The notes under the pieces: generated by a model
The model's database searches: none
Told to the model about the DNA's origin: nothing
The model's input: only the letters and a program-made list of their open reading frames with translations
Source: Octopus sinensis
Lineage: Eukaryota
Reading direction: 5' to 3'
Assembly: GCF_006345805.1 (NCBI RefSeq)
Contig: NC_042997.1
Location: 17,422,001 to 17,486,000, forward strand
Length of the DNA stretch: 64,000 nt
Made by a program: the position numbers and the translations under genes
Part shown: positions 26,367 to 39,164 of the stretch, piece by piece
Numbering within the stretch: position 1 is the stretch's first letter
How the letters are laid out: each line of letters starts with the position of its first letter

Positions 26367-28091
26367 ACACACATATATATATCCTCAGAGAGAGAGAGAG
26401 GATTTTGTGTGTAATAATTCTATATGGTTATGCTTAGCTGTGTGGCTAAGAAGTTTGTATCACAATATGATTTTGGATCTAATCACACTGCATGTACCTT
26501 GGGCAAGTGCTATCTGTTATTGCCTTAAATTAGCCAAAGCCCTGTGGGTGAAATTTAGCAGATAGAAACTGTGAGGAAGTCCTCAGAAGGGCTGTACATG
26601 TTACTGGGTGTTAGACCTAAAGTTATCAGTTAGTTTAAAACTGCCACCATCACTACTACCACCAACAACAAATCTTGTGTTTTTAACAGTGTATGTTGTT
26701 ATAAGCATTGAGTTCAGTTATTTAGAGGATAACTCATGTATTTCTTCCCACAAACAAATTTTAATGACAGGTGTCTGTCTTCATCTGATAATGCCCCAAT
26801 AAAAAAAACAAACAAACTGGAGGGTTAGTTGATTAAAGCATCCTCAGTACTTGACTGGTACTTTATTTCACCAGCCTTAACAGAATGAAAAGCAAAGTCA
26901 ACATTCGTGGAATCTTAACTCAGATATTTTGCTTCACATGTCAACGATTTTGCCAATCCACTACCCTGGCTTGTCCAATAATAACAGTGTACATAATATA
27001 AAGGTAAATAATATATAAATACTTCATGCTGAGAAATTCAATTGTTGCATACTCAGAGTTAGTCATTGCTGTTTGTTGGCCTTCAAGTTAACTGTGATAC
27101 TAACCACATAATGTTCTATTTATCTGACTTTTGTCGTATAAGTAGTATATGTATATACATGCACACACACAAGTGCCTGAGCACATGCATGCATATGAAA
27201 CATAGATGCTTTCTTTGAGTGCTAACAGAAAAAGAAGCCCCCCCCTTGTTTTTCCTTTATAACACAAATTTCACATATTGCACAAATGTTAATCATTACT
27301 AGATTCCTTAAACCATAGTTCTTACTCTTTACCATAAATTTACTAACACTAAACTTCTTTTAACGATACTACCTTTAATTGTGCTCAAAGAACTGAATGG
27401 AAATTTCAGGCAAGCAACTCTAAAAATATTGTTGTAATACATAGAATCGTTCAAACACTCATATTCATATATGTATACATCTATGCACCTCCACACTCAA
27501 ATATGTATTTGGAGACATATTTCTATAATATATTCTGTTATTCATTGATGTATTCTATTATGCTGTTGAACACAGATTTCTGTTATCTCTATATTCCAAT
27601 AAAGAAATATGTTTTCTGAAGTTTATAGACCAGATTCTCTTGATGACCTCTGCCTTATTCTTCTGTGCTGTGCTATAGAAATATCTTTCCAATACATAAA
27701 GGGTTGTCAACTTTGTTAATATACTGAGCTTATGTAACAAAATTTATTGTCACAACAGATTGTTTATTCTAAACTGGAGTTTCAGGAAAAATCTATGGCC
27801 AACGTGATATTGCATTTACTACACTAAAAGAATAAGCAATGTTTCTAGAACCAATATCTATGTTTATCAGTTAACCAATTACTACATATTTATTGCATGC
27901 AAGTGTTACAAATAGATCAAGTAGGAGAGATTGTGCAAATGAGACTGATAAAGAATTAAGTGTGTATATTCCAGGAGTGTACTCCTCAAAAATGATATAC
28001 ATTCATAAGATTTGAATTCAACACTGAAGTTGAAAAATGCTTTCCTATTTCAGTTTATATAAAAAAAACCCACCAAAACTGGTTAATGTAC

Positions 28092-28212
28092 CTATTTACA
28101 GATATATGGATTAAAGTAGCAAGAATTAAATATCCTGCGAACTCAACCACTGGTATTATCATAGCAAATATCAGATCTAATCTGTTAAAATTCCTGAGAA
28201 TAGACTGGAACT
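28092..28212 (-). CDS. Candidate transmembrane-segment exon: xFQSILRNFNRLDLIFAMIIPVVEFAGYLILATLIHISVN(R)
   Basis: Acceptor TTTGTGTTGATAG (alternative TCTATTCTCAG giving 28092-28193), donor TAG|GTACAT. Hydrophobic stretch of about 25 aa in unique sequence. The opposite strand is also open with splice-like sites, so the strand is not proven. Confidence 0.4.
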
Positions 28213-28771
28213 CTATCAACACAAATATTTGCATCTCATGCTCACAAACATTCATACACGTAAGACAGTGAGTGGAAGAGATCCTATGTGGTCACTTGAC
28301 TCACTAGATATGCACACACACAGATGTATATTGTATATAAGCATGCATGCAATCCTTGAAAACAACGGCTTCTATCAATCTATCTATTTTAATAACATGA
28401 ATGTCCTTCACTGAATTACTATACAAATATCTGGGAGGATTAACCAATAACACAGACAAACATGCTTGTAATGTAGACGACTTCTTAGAAAAGCTTGTTC
28501 ACCAACACTAATCTTCTACAAGTTACGGAGGGATACTCTAAGTGCTTGTTCACACAGGTAGAATAGCAACCAATTTCTTCTCAAATCATGCAGCAGGGTG
28601 AAACTCAAAACTATGCAGTTACAAAGTGTATTTCATTTGCACAAAGCCATGTTACAGATATAAATCATATATGGATACATGGAACTTATATGTGTGTGTT
28701 TGTGTGCTTGCATAAATGTATACCTTTATTAACAAGTTAATAGCAGGGAATACACACACCATATATGCCTG

Positions 28772-28811
<40 letters not shown>

Positions 28812-29855
28812 TAGATAGATAGATAGATAGAGAGATAGATTGATAGATAGATAGATAGATGAATAAAGAATGTAGTAGAATGAAAAATCAATATAATTTT
28901 AATGATCATCAATATCTAAAAACAAACGTGGCAATATTTGTTAGTAAATTTGATTTCAGCTAGTGTATGTACGTGTGAATGTGTGCATGTGTAAATGTGT
29001 AGATGCGTGTATCTTCATGCAGGCTTATGTAGAATATGAATATGTCTGTGTGTATGTTGCCTTCATATTTGTGAGCATATACATATAACTATTTAGAAAA
29101 ATATTTCTGATAATATCAAATTATATTTCAAATCGGATATTTATCATACATTTCTAGAGACTTACACTTCCAGGATTGCTTTGCATGTTTGTATATCAGT
29201 ATGTTTATGTGTGTGTCATATTTTCTGCGTATGTGTGTAACTAACTACGTTTATTAAAAACATCTATCTATAAGCATGAATATGTGCATCTGTCATCTGT
29301 TGGCATTTACCTGTCTCTTATCTTCACATATGCATCATGTGTATTAGTGTATTCCAATTGTGAGAGTTAGTGTTTGTGCATATGTCTAAATAAGTATATA
29401 TGATCAGGTTTGTGTATACAAGTGTGCATGACAATGTTGACACATACACACACACACACGTATTTATGTATGTACGTATGTATGTATGTATGTATGTATG
29501 TATGTATGTATGTATGTATGTATGTATGTATGTATGTATGAGCACCTGATTGTCTGTCTTATTTATATGTAGGTACACATTTGAATTTCTAAAAGGAAAT
29601 GTATTGCATTTCCTGCTTACATTTATACCTGTAAATTTATATGTGAAATCCATCTTAAACACAATATCAATTTGACATGAGTGGATAATATTCTAGTATA
29701 TTAAATGGATATGCATGTGTGCATTTGCATCTCCAGGAAGGAAAAAAGAAAGGAAGAAAATTTTACTGATAATAGAAAAATTTTTAACAGATTTTAAACA
29801 AGACTAACCAGGTGAATACTTGCTTTGGTATCTTTATAAATATATATATATATAC

Positions 29856-29886
<31 letters not shown>

Positions 29887-29904
29887 TGTATGTATGTATG
29901 TATG

Positions 29905-29938
<34 letters not shown>

Positions 29939-29975
29939 TGTATGTATGTGTGTGTGTTTGTGTGCATGTATGTAT

Positions 29976-30009
<34 letters not shown>

Positions 30010-30468
30010 CACAGATAGAATCATGCATGCATACACATATATTAAAAGGTAATATATGCAGGCATATCTTTGTGCATATTAAAATGTAGAAGTGTGCGCT
30101 TGTGTTTATGTATGTAACATTAAGATTGTGCTCAAGCCAGATAAACATTCAGTTTCCAGTATCTATCTATATATATGTTATATATATATATATATATATA
30201 TATATGATATAAATATGTATGTGTGTGTGATGATTTCAAGGTATTGACCGTACTATCGGATGTTGTTACACTATACATCACTGGTCAGAATGCATTTTGT
30301 ATTGTTTTAGCTTTTGAATGATGCCACCCTGCTGGCTAAGCAAGCAGGCCAACATTCTTCCTGATTGTTTCATGGTTACCCATTTAAAGCTAAATGGAAT
30401 GGAGAAACATGCACATACACACACGTGTGTGTTTATATATGTATATGTGTGCGTGTGTATACATACAT

Positions 30469-30554
<86 letters not shown>

Positions 30555-30984
30555 CATATATATATAGTGATTAGAATTAATATCATGTAGATATATCACA
30601 ACTGTTTCTTAGCTCAAGAAATGCTAATATTATTATGCCACTCTTCTCTAGAAATTTTAAACACAGAAATACAATATTTAAAGTTTTCTTAACTTTTCAA
30701 TGGTTATGTTGGATTTTAGCGATGCTCAACATGTATAAAAACCAATAACACTCTCATACTAGTCTCTCTATGACCTAATGATGAAGGTATGTTAATATAA
30801 TTTAATACCCAAAACTGCACTAGAAACATGGATGCATATCTCGAGAAATGGTATAAAAAATATTTATGTTTATTTTAATTTTTAATGTATATATTTTCAT
30901 GTCATTGTATTTAAACTACATGCACACATATATTATGTTATATAGCATATATTATTTGTTATATACACATATATGTAAACATAT

Positions 30985-31304
30985 TGCCATCACTAGTAAT
31001 CACTCCAAACACCATAATGTTGACTGGACGTTTGATTTTTATCACTCTTGGTACATGTCTTCTAATTGCACTGTCCACAGATTGACACCCAAACACTCTG
31101 AAATGTTCGTATTGGAGCTTCCAGCATGAATGCCAAGCAGTACAGTATGTCATTTTCAAATTTCTGGCAGAGTGAATTGTGTCATGATGCTGTTTTTCTC
31201 CTAGATGGTGGCCAACTGACCTTGCTATACAAAATCAAAAACAAACAATGTGCATGCACAAAATTGAAAATATAAAATGGTGACAATTTACCCATCGCAC
31301 CCTG
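30985..31304 (-). mobile_element. Tc1/mariner (maT-like) internally deleted element, one end only
   Basis: Terminal CAGGGTGCGATGGGTAAATTGTCA; internal peptide VPRVIKIKRPVNIMVFGVITSDG resembles VP.VMKTKHPASVMVFG.ISS.G. Confidence 0.7.
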
Positions 31305-31599
31305 TGTATATACATACATACAAATACACACATATATACACACACGCATATTTATATATACACACACATACATGCAACACACACAAACATGCACATACAC
31401 ATATATCTATGCACAAGGATTCACACATGCAAGATAAACCTGAACAAATACCTAATAATACGTGTTCAAGATTTCAGAGGACAATGATGTAATATATACA
31501 GGTAGCAAACATAAATAGCCAAGTAGTAAAAAGTGGAATTTCAAGTGGAATAGTCTACTAGTGCTTAATATAAAATATAGGTAAATTTTCAATAAAGCA

Positions 31600-32470
31600 G
31601 ATAAAGGTCCTAAATATTAATAACACTATTAAAAGTAATGTTCTATTTTATGCAAGATGAACATACAAAAAAAACAAACAAACTAAGAATTAAAACTTTA
31701 AAACAGCCAAGGGATAAGCATATACGGTTTGTTTCCCTAAATCTAATGAAAATCAAAATTATTCTAGCAAAAGAAGTAACTGTGCTGGAAATATACAGAA
31801 CTATCAAGTTTCATCAAACTAAAGAAACTTAAATAAATTTTACTTTGTATATTCTGACAAAAAATTTGTCAAATTTTTCTAATCAAATTGTATGATTTGT
31901 TAGACTGAATGAATTAAAGGGAAAAATTGCTATGTTAAAAGAAAACAGATATGCTTATGAAAATGAGCAATGTTGGATTAAGGGAATCCCCAATAAAATA
32001 AAAAAAAATTGACAACATTCTACAAATAAAAGATATATTAAAAAGTTGTAAGAAGCAGTTGTACAGACTCTCTTGGATATGAATGTAATTATAAGAGCAT
32101 TAATGTTAAAAAAAAACAATACTTAACATTCAATGGTGTTAATTTATGAACTACATGTGGAAATTTTGGCTTCTTCATATATTAATGAAAGGAAGAAAGT
32201 TGATATGCTATGGTAGTAAAATTTGTGAAAGTATGTTAAAATGTTATCTATGAACTATAAACTATATGGGAATAAAATTTGAAGTACTTTAAAGTTCTAA
32301 AAGCACTACATCTACTAGAAGAGACTGATTCTAAATATGCATTAATTAACAAAAGATTGATGCAAAAATGATTTTTATATAATTTTTTGGACATGTTTTT
32401 TGATGAATTTTTGCAAAAGATAAACTTTTTCAGATGATACTAAAAGAAGTGTTCATAGAATTTAAAGAGG
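31600..32470 (+). mobile_element. Possible ancient DDE (hAT-like) transposase relic
   Basis: Fragments MQDEHT..IRFVSLN..IKIIL..FHQTKET and later IFAKDKLFQ weakly resemble hAT catalytic-core motifs. Many stops. Confidence 0.25.
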
Positions 32471-33034
32471 AATGATAAACTGATTGTGTCATATCAGTTT
32501 TTCTGTATGGCGTTCTAAATGTGCATGTGTGTTGATTAAATCTTTATTTGAAAGTAACTTTCTTGTTTATATTCACTGCATATATACATTGCCTCATCCA
32601 AAATTGTGAGTATTCTTTTACTTTATAATAATGTTTTCCATTCAAATGATGGCCATGTGTATAAGTGTAGATATATTTTGTTCACATTTTAAATTACATT
32701 TACAGTTTTAAAAAACTGGAAGAACAACATTTTGAATTTCCTGAAAGTATAATCACACACAATACTGATGCTTTCATTATTGAATACATATTGCTTTCCT
32801 TATTTTGCTCACGTATAATAAAGCCTTATGTCTGTTAGTAATATATAGTTTCCTAGAACTACTAACTTTGTGTAGTTTCAGCTTTTTTCTTTGTTTAACT
32901 ATTGGAGTATAAAAGTTATTGCTTCATTATTTGCTGATGATTTCAAAAGATTTTATTACGAAAAGTATTAAACATGATCTTGCATACTAATGTGATGTAA
33001 AATGTTGTCAGATACATCTGACCCATTCCCTTAC

Positions 33035-33192
33035 CACATAAATTTGTCTAAATCACTTGAGACCAATAACTGATTTTTAAAAGTCTTTTGAGAGGGACGA
33101 GATCTATATTTCTTGAAAAATGTTGTTTGACTAATGTAATTTGATTGAAATATATGTGGCATGTAGGAATTCCATTTATAAATTACTTTTAA
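33035..33192 (-). CDS. Candidate exon (158 nt, phase 0 to 2): LKVIYKWNSYMPHIFQSNYISQTTFFKKYRSRPSQKTFKNQLLVSSDLDKFM(W)
   Basis: Open frame ending exactly at donor GTG|GTAAGG; acceptor GACTTTTTGAAG. TG+G splices in frame (Trp) to the 28193 acceptor. Confidence 0.25.
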
Positions 33193-33699
33193 CTTCAAAA
33201 AGTCAAATGATAATTTGAAGATTTTCGAACATGAGTCATTTAAGTTAGCAGCAAATAACAAAAAATAACAAAAAAAAAAAATCAAAAGTGTATTTTAAAA
33301 GAGAAACAAAAGCATAATTAAAATCAGCAGCAATATTTCCATAATGAAACTCAAAAAATGTGTGGTGGAGGAAACAACAGGGTACCAAGAAAATACAAGA
33401 GTGCCCAAAACCAATTGCATATTGCATATAATTTTGCTTTGTTTTTAGCAAAAGTATTTTCATTCCATTTTAAAATTCATCACTTCATTCAAAGAAAAAT
33501 CTTTAATCAAAGGTGATTGACAAAAACTAAAACTAAAGACATCTCACAGTAAGTGAAGATACAAACTAACATGCACACACATACACACACACGCACACTC
33601 AAATATATACACATACACATTACACACATATTAATATTCATAATTACACATATATGTATTATAAATGTATATTTAAATATATGTACGTATACATATATA

Positions 33700-34190
33700 T
33701 ACATAACACATGATACTCTTGGCCCATGAGACTCCAATTTCGACTGATTATTGATAATATATATATAAATACAAAATGGGACAAGAACGCAAAACATCCA
33801 GATAGACAATACAAAAAACACGGATGGGTCATTCGAAGCCTTTAATCTTCAGTCAAGAACCGAATCATCCTCGCAATTTTGGCTGATTAATCTTGAGATT
33901 GCTCTGTAATACACACACACACACACACACACACACATATTTTAAGTTTTATTTTCTTGTTTACATAACCAAACCTACATATACACTTATACATACACAC
34001 ATATTTATGTGTGCGAGTGAATATAGAATGCTGGCAGAAGAAATGTTCATAGTGGGTGAGGAGTAAGCAATCTAGAGGCAACTTTAGTGGTAAGATTTCT
34101 CAAGATGTTGGAGAAATCACGGATGAGATGTTTTGAAGCAGGATCAAGAGCAGTGGTAATATGTTATTCTGTAGAAGTATGACCACCAAA
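33700..34190 (-). mobile_element. Penelope-like element debris
   Basis: 33720-33905 resembles from memory an octopus Penelope-like terminal repeat. 34070-34180 translates DPASKHLIRDFSNILRNLTTKVASRLLTPHP, similar to the region preceding the Penelope RT. Confidence 0.45.
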
Positions 34191-34834
34191 ATAATGATGA
34201 TGATAGTGATGGTAAGACACTCATTTGCATGTGTTAAATAGGCAACAGAAATTTGCCTATACATGTGTACAATATATTCACAGAAACATTGTAAAACAAA
34301 AGCAGAGGTAATAGGCTTACTACATGTTATGTACATATTTGTATATAGTATCATTTATTTACTCAGTTGAAAAGGCTTGGATAAAAGATATGTTCTTAAG
34401 TTACGTACTTGCATACATGCATCAGTACACACACACACACACACACACATGAATGTATATATAAGGATATTCATGGATTTTCAGTTGTATCTTCACTAAA
34501 ACAATCAATTTTCTCATTAAAATCTATCTGATAGGTGATACTTGTTAACTGGCTGTGTAAATCAAACTAGAATTTAATTGACATACATACATACATACAT
34601 ATGTACGTACGTACATACGCACGTACGTACATACGCACGTATGTATATATAAAACTGCTTCAGAAGATGAAGAGTTTTGGTCAAAGTAACCCAAACTAAC
34701 AAGTATGTGGTCTGAGTGCTGCAATTCATAAGCCACTAGGATCTCAGTTCAAACAGGAGCTGGAGTTGTGGTCACACAAATGTCCAGTTGAGAGAATGGG
34801 CAATCAGTAGCTTACTTTTGAGTCAATAGGTAGA

Positions 34835-34976
34835 AGTTAAAGAAGAGAAAAACAATTAAACAAGGCAGGACTATGGCAGTTAAATTCATTTAATTTAGTT
34901 TAATTTAATAGAGTTAATACTAATACAACGTAAGTATTAATTCTACCTTGTTTAATTGGTTTCCTCTTCTTTAACT
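34835..34976. mobile_element. Small MITE-like element with ~34-bp terminal inverted repeats
   Basis: AGTTAAAGAAGAGAAAAACAATTAAACAAGGCAG versus the reverse complement of 34943-34976 (AGTTAAAGAAGAGGAAACCAATTAAACAAGGTAG): 3 mismatches. Confidence 0.75.
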
Positions 34977-35084
34977 AATAAAACTGGTTCCATGGAAATT
35001 TGGGGGCTCTGCTTGCATTTTGGGAGATTCTTGTTAGCGTTATGGGAACCACATAATAGTGATAATAATGGTATTAGCAATAAT

Positions 35085-35420
35085 TACACCACAGCTGGAA
35101 ATTGATTACTGATGAGGGTAGGGGATAACTCCTACCTCTTACCCTTATAGCTGACAGGGAGCATGACAGAAGGAGAATGTCACAGCTGGAAACTGATGAC
35201 CAGCATCAAAGGGAGATAATACCCATTGTTTATATCTGTATCATTTCCCCCTCTACATTTTAAAGAGGCCATAGGGTCTTAGGGTCTGAAGATATGCCTT
35301 AAAGGTACCCTTTATGGTGAGAAACCCAGGATAACCCTATAAACTGGCCTTCAACAGTAATTAATATAGACTGCTCTACTTCTTAGAGTGTGCTTCTTCT
35401 CTGGATTTATGGTTTTCAAA
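35085..35420 (+). mobile_element. Penelope-like terminal repeat carrying a hammerhead
   Basis: Island with higher GC, an internal ACAGCTGGAAA direct repeat, a stem-loop and a hammerhead core. Confidence 0.45.
35265..35351 (+). ncRNA. Type I hammerhead ribozyme, probably impaired
   Basis: Helix I UAGGGU (35280-35285)/ACCCUA (35334-35339), extendable by AGGCC/GGCCU; CUGAAGA 35286-35292; helix II UGCCUUAAAGG/CCUUUAUGGUG; GAAA 35321-35324; ACCCAGGAU; cleavage triplet AUA. One helix III mismatch. Confidence 0.55.
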
Positions 35421-35747
35421 AATAAACGATTTATATATATATATATATATATTTGTGTGTTTTTTTTTGTATTTCATTGTCTTGATATCATGAAGCAATA
35501 ATGTTCATTTCTAGAATGCTATGAAAGCAATGTCTTTTAAAGGGGAAATATCACCTTGTTTGGAAGCATGTGAGGAATGGCAACAAGAAAGGCATCCAGC
35601 CATAGAAAATCTATTTCAATAAATTTTACTGGAAGCGTGTAAGCACAAAAAAGTAGAAGTTAAAACAGTGATGATGACTACCATATTGAATTCCATATCA
35701 GATAGAGCTTGCACTATATAAGATATGTTTTAATATACTTTGTTAGG

Positions 35748-35793
<46 letters not shown>

Positions 35794-36074
35794 GTGAATG
35801 GATAGGAATATTAGATCCAGGCAGTACCATCCATGTATACTAGTATAATCCAGGTTCTGGCTAACCACATTGAATGATACAGAATAATTAGGGATTATTT
35901 AAAGTAAACCTGTTGGGTAAATCCTGAGTTCACTTCATTGGCTTATAAACAGTTTACAGAGTGTATATTCAAGACATCAAAATAAAAGTGGAGAATTATA
36001 CATCTACCCAATTTTTTTATTATTACAGTGTGTTATAAGTTTTTATTCTCTTTGAACCACCATTCGTCATAAAT

Positions 36075-36370
36075 TTCTGCAGCATGGATAAATATCTTGT
36101 TATGTGGTGTCCATTTGCATCTTTTTGGTTCAGTTGCATTAAGATTTCATCCTGGTTAAAAGTATCAATGCAGCTTTATTCAAGGTGTTGCCTCTTGTAC
36201 AGTTTGAAGCAAACTATTAAACCATTATACTTTAGTTTGCTTCAAACTCTGTTAGTGGCAACATCTTGAATAAAGCTGCATACATACATTTAAGCAGGAT
36301 AAAATCTTAATGCAGTTGAACCAACAGGATGCAAACAGATACTACTAACAAAATATCCATGCAGCAGGAA
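36075..36370. repeat. Foldback hairpin, ~140-nt arms, 16-nt loop (copy 1)
   Basis: The left arm aligns to the reverse complement of the right arm at roughly 80% by eye. Apex AGTTTGAAGCAAACTA / TAGTTTGCTTCAAACT is perfect. Confidence 0.9.
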
Positions 36371-36943
36371 CATATATTGGATGGATGTTCAAAGAGCATA
36401 TACTATATAAAAGACTGTAATGATAAAAAAAAACTGTGTAGATGCATAATTCTCCATTATTTTAATGTCATCAGGAGTGGCTGTGTGGTAAGAAGCTTGT
36501 TCACATGGTCCTGAATTCAGTCCCACTGTATGGCACCTTTGGCAAGTGTCTTCTACAGCCTCAGGCTGACCGAAGCCTTGTGAGTGGATTTGTTAGATAG
36601 AAACTGAAAGAAACCGTCTCATACACACACACACAACACACACACACACATATATATATATAGTGAATGGATAGGAATATTAGATCCAGGCAGTACCATC
36701 CATGTATACTAGTATAATCCAGGTTCTGGCTAACCACATTGAATGATACAGAATAATTAGGGATTATTTAAAGTAAACCTGTTGGGTAAATCCTGAGTTC
36801 ACTTCATTGGCTTATAAACAGTTTACAGAGTGTATATTCAAGACATCAAAATAAAAGTGGAGAATTATACATCTACCCAATTTTTTTATTATTACAGTGT
36901 GTTATAAGTTTTTATTCTCTTTGAACCACCATCCGACATAAAT

Positions 36944-37240
36944 TTCTGCAGCATGGATAAATATCTTGTTATGTGGTGTCCATTTGCATCTTTTTGGTTC
37001 AGTTGCATTAAGATTTCATCCTGGTTAAAAGTATCAATGCAGCTTTATTCAAGGTGTTGCCTCTTGTACAGTTTGAAGCAAACTATTAAACCATTATACT
37101 TTAGTTTGCTTCAAACTCTGTTAGTGGCAACATCTTGAATAAAGCTGCATACATACATTTAAGCAGGATAAAATCTTAATGCAGTTGAACCAACAGGATG
37201 CAAACAGATACTACTTAACAAAATATCCATGCAGCAGGAA
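36944..37240. repeat. Foldback hairpin (copy 2)
   Basis: Duplicate of 36075-36370. Confidence 0.9.
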
Positions 37241-37341
37241 CATATATTGGATGGATGTTCAAAGAGCATATACTATATAAAAGACTGTAATGATAAAAAA
37301 AAACTGTGTAGATGCATAATTCTCCATTATTTTAATGTCAT

Positions 37342-37493
37342 CAGGAGTGGCTGTGTGGTAAGAAGCTTGCTTCACATGGTCCTGAATTCAGTCCCACTGT
37401 ATGGCACCTTTGGCAAGTGTCTTCTACAGCCTCAGGCTGACCGAAGCCTTGTGAGTGGATTTGTTAGATAGAAACTGAAAGAAACCGTCTCAT

Positions 37494-37525
<32 letters not shown>

Positions 37526-37705
37526 GTAGTTGTGTGTCTGTGTTTGTCCCCATCACTATCACTTGACAACCGATGTTGGTGTGTTTATGTCTCTGTAACT
37601 TAGCAGTTTGGCAAAAGACACTTGGGGACGATTTGTTTAACTGAAGGTGGTGCTCCAGCATGATCACAGTCAAATGACTGAAACAAGTAAAAGAATAAAA
37701 GAATA
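37342..37705 (+). mobile_element. SINE family A, near full length
   Basis: CAGGAGTGGCTGTGTGGTAAG head, (CA/TA)n middle, AAACAAGTAAAAGAATAAAAG tail. Confidence 0.85.
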
Positions 37706-38084
37706 TACATATATGAGCAGAAGGATTTAAAAGCCTAACGACTTAGGTATTAATTAAAACCAACTAACAGCCAAGGTCAGTTGAGCAATGTGATGTAAGA
37801 CTGGTCCCTTCCTTTTCCATTCTTCCCTTCCAGCTCCTCACCAGTCTTTCTCCACTTTCCTATAACATTTATTAAACCCTCCCAAACATAGTCACTCATG
37901 TTGCTTGTCAGGGCTCAGGGATTCCAGAATAGCTGATCAAGTGCTCTGTTATTCATAGAGCTAGTTTTCCACTGAGCCACCCCAGACAATTGAACCAGAC
38001 TAGTAATATATTGTGATATTTTCAGAACAAAGAATAGCATGTCATCTTTTGATAATGACATTTTCATAAAATATAATCCTTTCT

Positions 38085-38272
38085 GTTATAGGTTCAAGGC
38101 CTGAAATTTTGGGAGGAGTGGTTAGTGGATTACATCAACCCAGTGCCATGAAAAACATGCAAGGCAAAAGTGACTGGAAAAGAATTTGAACACAGAACAT
38201 AAATACAGATGAAATGCTGTTAAGCATTTTGTCTGGTGTGCTAATGAATCTGCCAATTCGCTGCCTCACTAA
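38085..38272 (-). mobile_element. SINE family B
   Basis: CAAGGCCTGAAATTTT..CATCAACCCAGT..GGCAAAAGTGAC..TAAGCATTTTG..AATCTGCCAATTC, reverse complement of the family B body. Confidence 0.7.
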
Positions 38273-38682
38273 TAGTAGTAGTAGTAGTAGTAGTAGTAGT
38301 AGCAGCAGCAGCAGCAGCAGGACCTGTCTGATAAGTTTGAAGACAGACACTTTAGTATCTGGCCAAGCCTCCATCAATTTTTTCAAATATCATTTGAAGA
38401 GGAAGGTGAGGGTAGAGAGGGAGGTGCTGCCTTCTAGGGTGTTTATCAAAAGGTGGATAGCCCCACTATTGGGGATTCTATTTATTTATTTGTTTATTTA
38501 TAATTTATTTCTCTACTTTCTATTATATATCCTCTGCTATATCCTTTAATGTGGTAGTATCTCCCTTGATTGATGTTAACCCCACATGTTTTTGTAATTT
38601 TTGTGCTGTGTGCTGTAACTCATCCTTTAATATTGTCTTCCATGTCCTGGGCCCTTGTAGCCAATAAAAGACATCATCATCA

Positions 38683-38713
<31 letters not shown>

Positions 38714-38796
38714 GTATATAAAAACAAAAATGTGCAAAATAAAAAAAAATTTATGACTCATTTAAATGCTAAAGAGGCTTCTGAATCTTCTTGTGA

Positions 38797-38845
<49 letters not shown>

Positions 38846-39164
38846 AATGTGTAATAGTGTCTGACTGTCTGTGTGTTTGGCGTTACTCTAACTTCTCCCA
38901 CACCAACCAACCAACCAACCAACCAATTTTAATGATTTTTAGCACATAGGTAAATCACATGCCCTGAAGGTTAAATAAGGCCAGAATTTTTCGAAAACTT
39001 GATAATGCTCAGTTGGCATCGATTTTTGTGAGCTAGTCGGGCATTTGAATGGAAATTCCCATAACGATGTTATTATTTTCCTGCAGCTTTTACATTTTTC
39101 AGGTGTAAAATTTCAACAAAATTGATAGAATAGTCGCTAAGGAAATGCTTATTCAATACAAGGT

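Larger units (their letters stand above)
35750..37500. repeat. Near-identical tandem duplication, unit 869 bp
   Basis: TAGTGAATGGATAGG at 35792 and 36661; a few substitutions and 1-bp indels; junction in (CA)n(TA)n. Confidence 0.95.

Noticed and set aside
28101-28259. Plus-strand exon-like frame (DIWIKVARIKYP...) with AG and GTAAGA
   Set aside because: Overlaps the minus-strand candidate that fits the gene orientation and phases. Not excluded, but no supporting plus-strand gene model was found.
35109-35145. CTGATGAG followed by a stem-loop
   Set aside because: The stem is not followed by GAAA, and no NUH or helix I can be placed.
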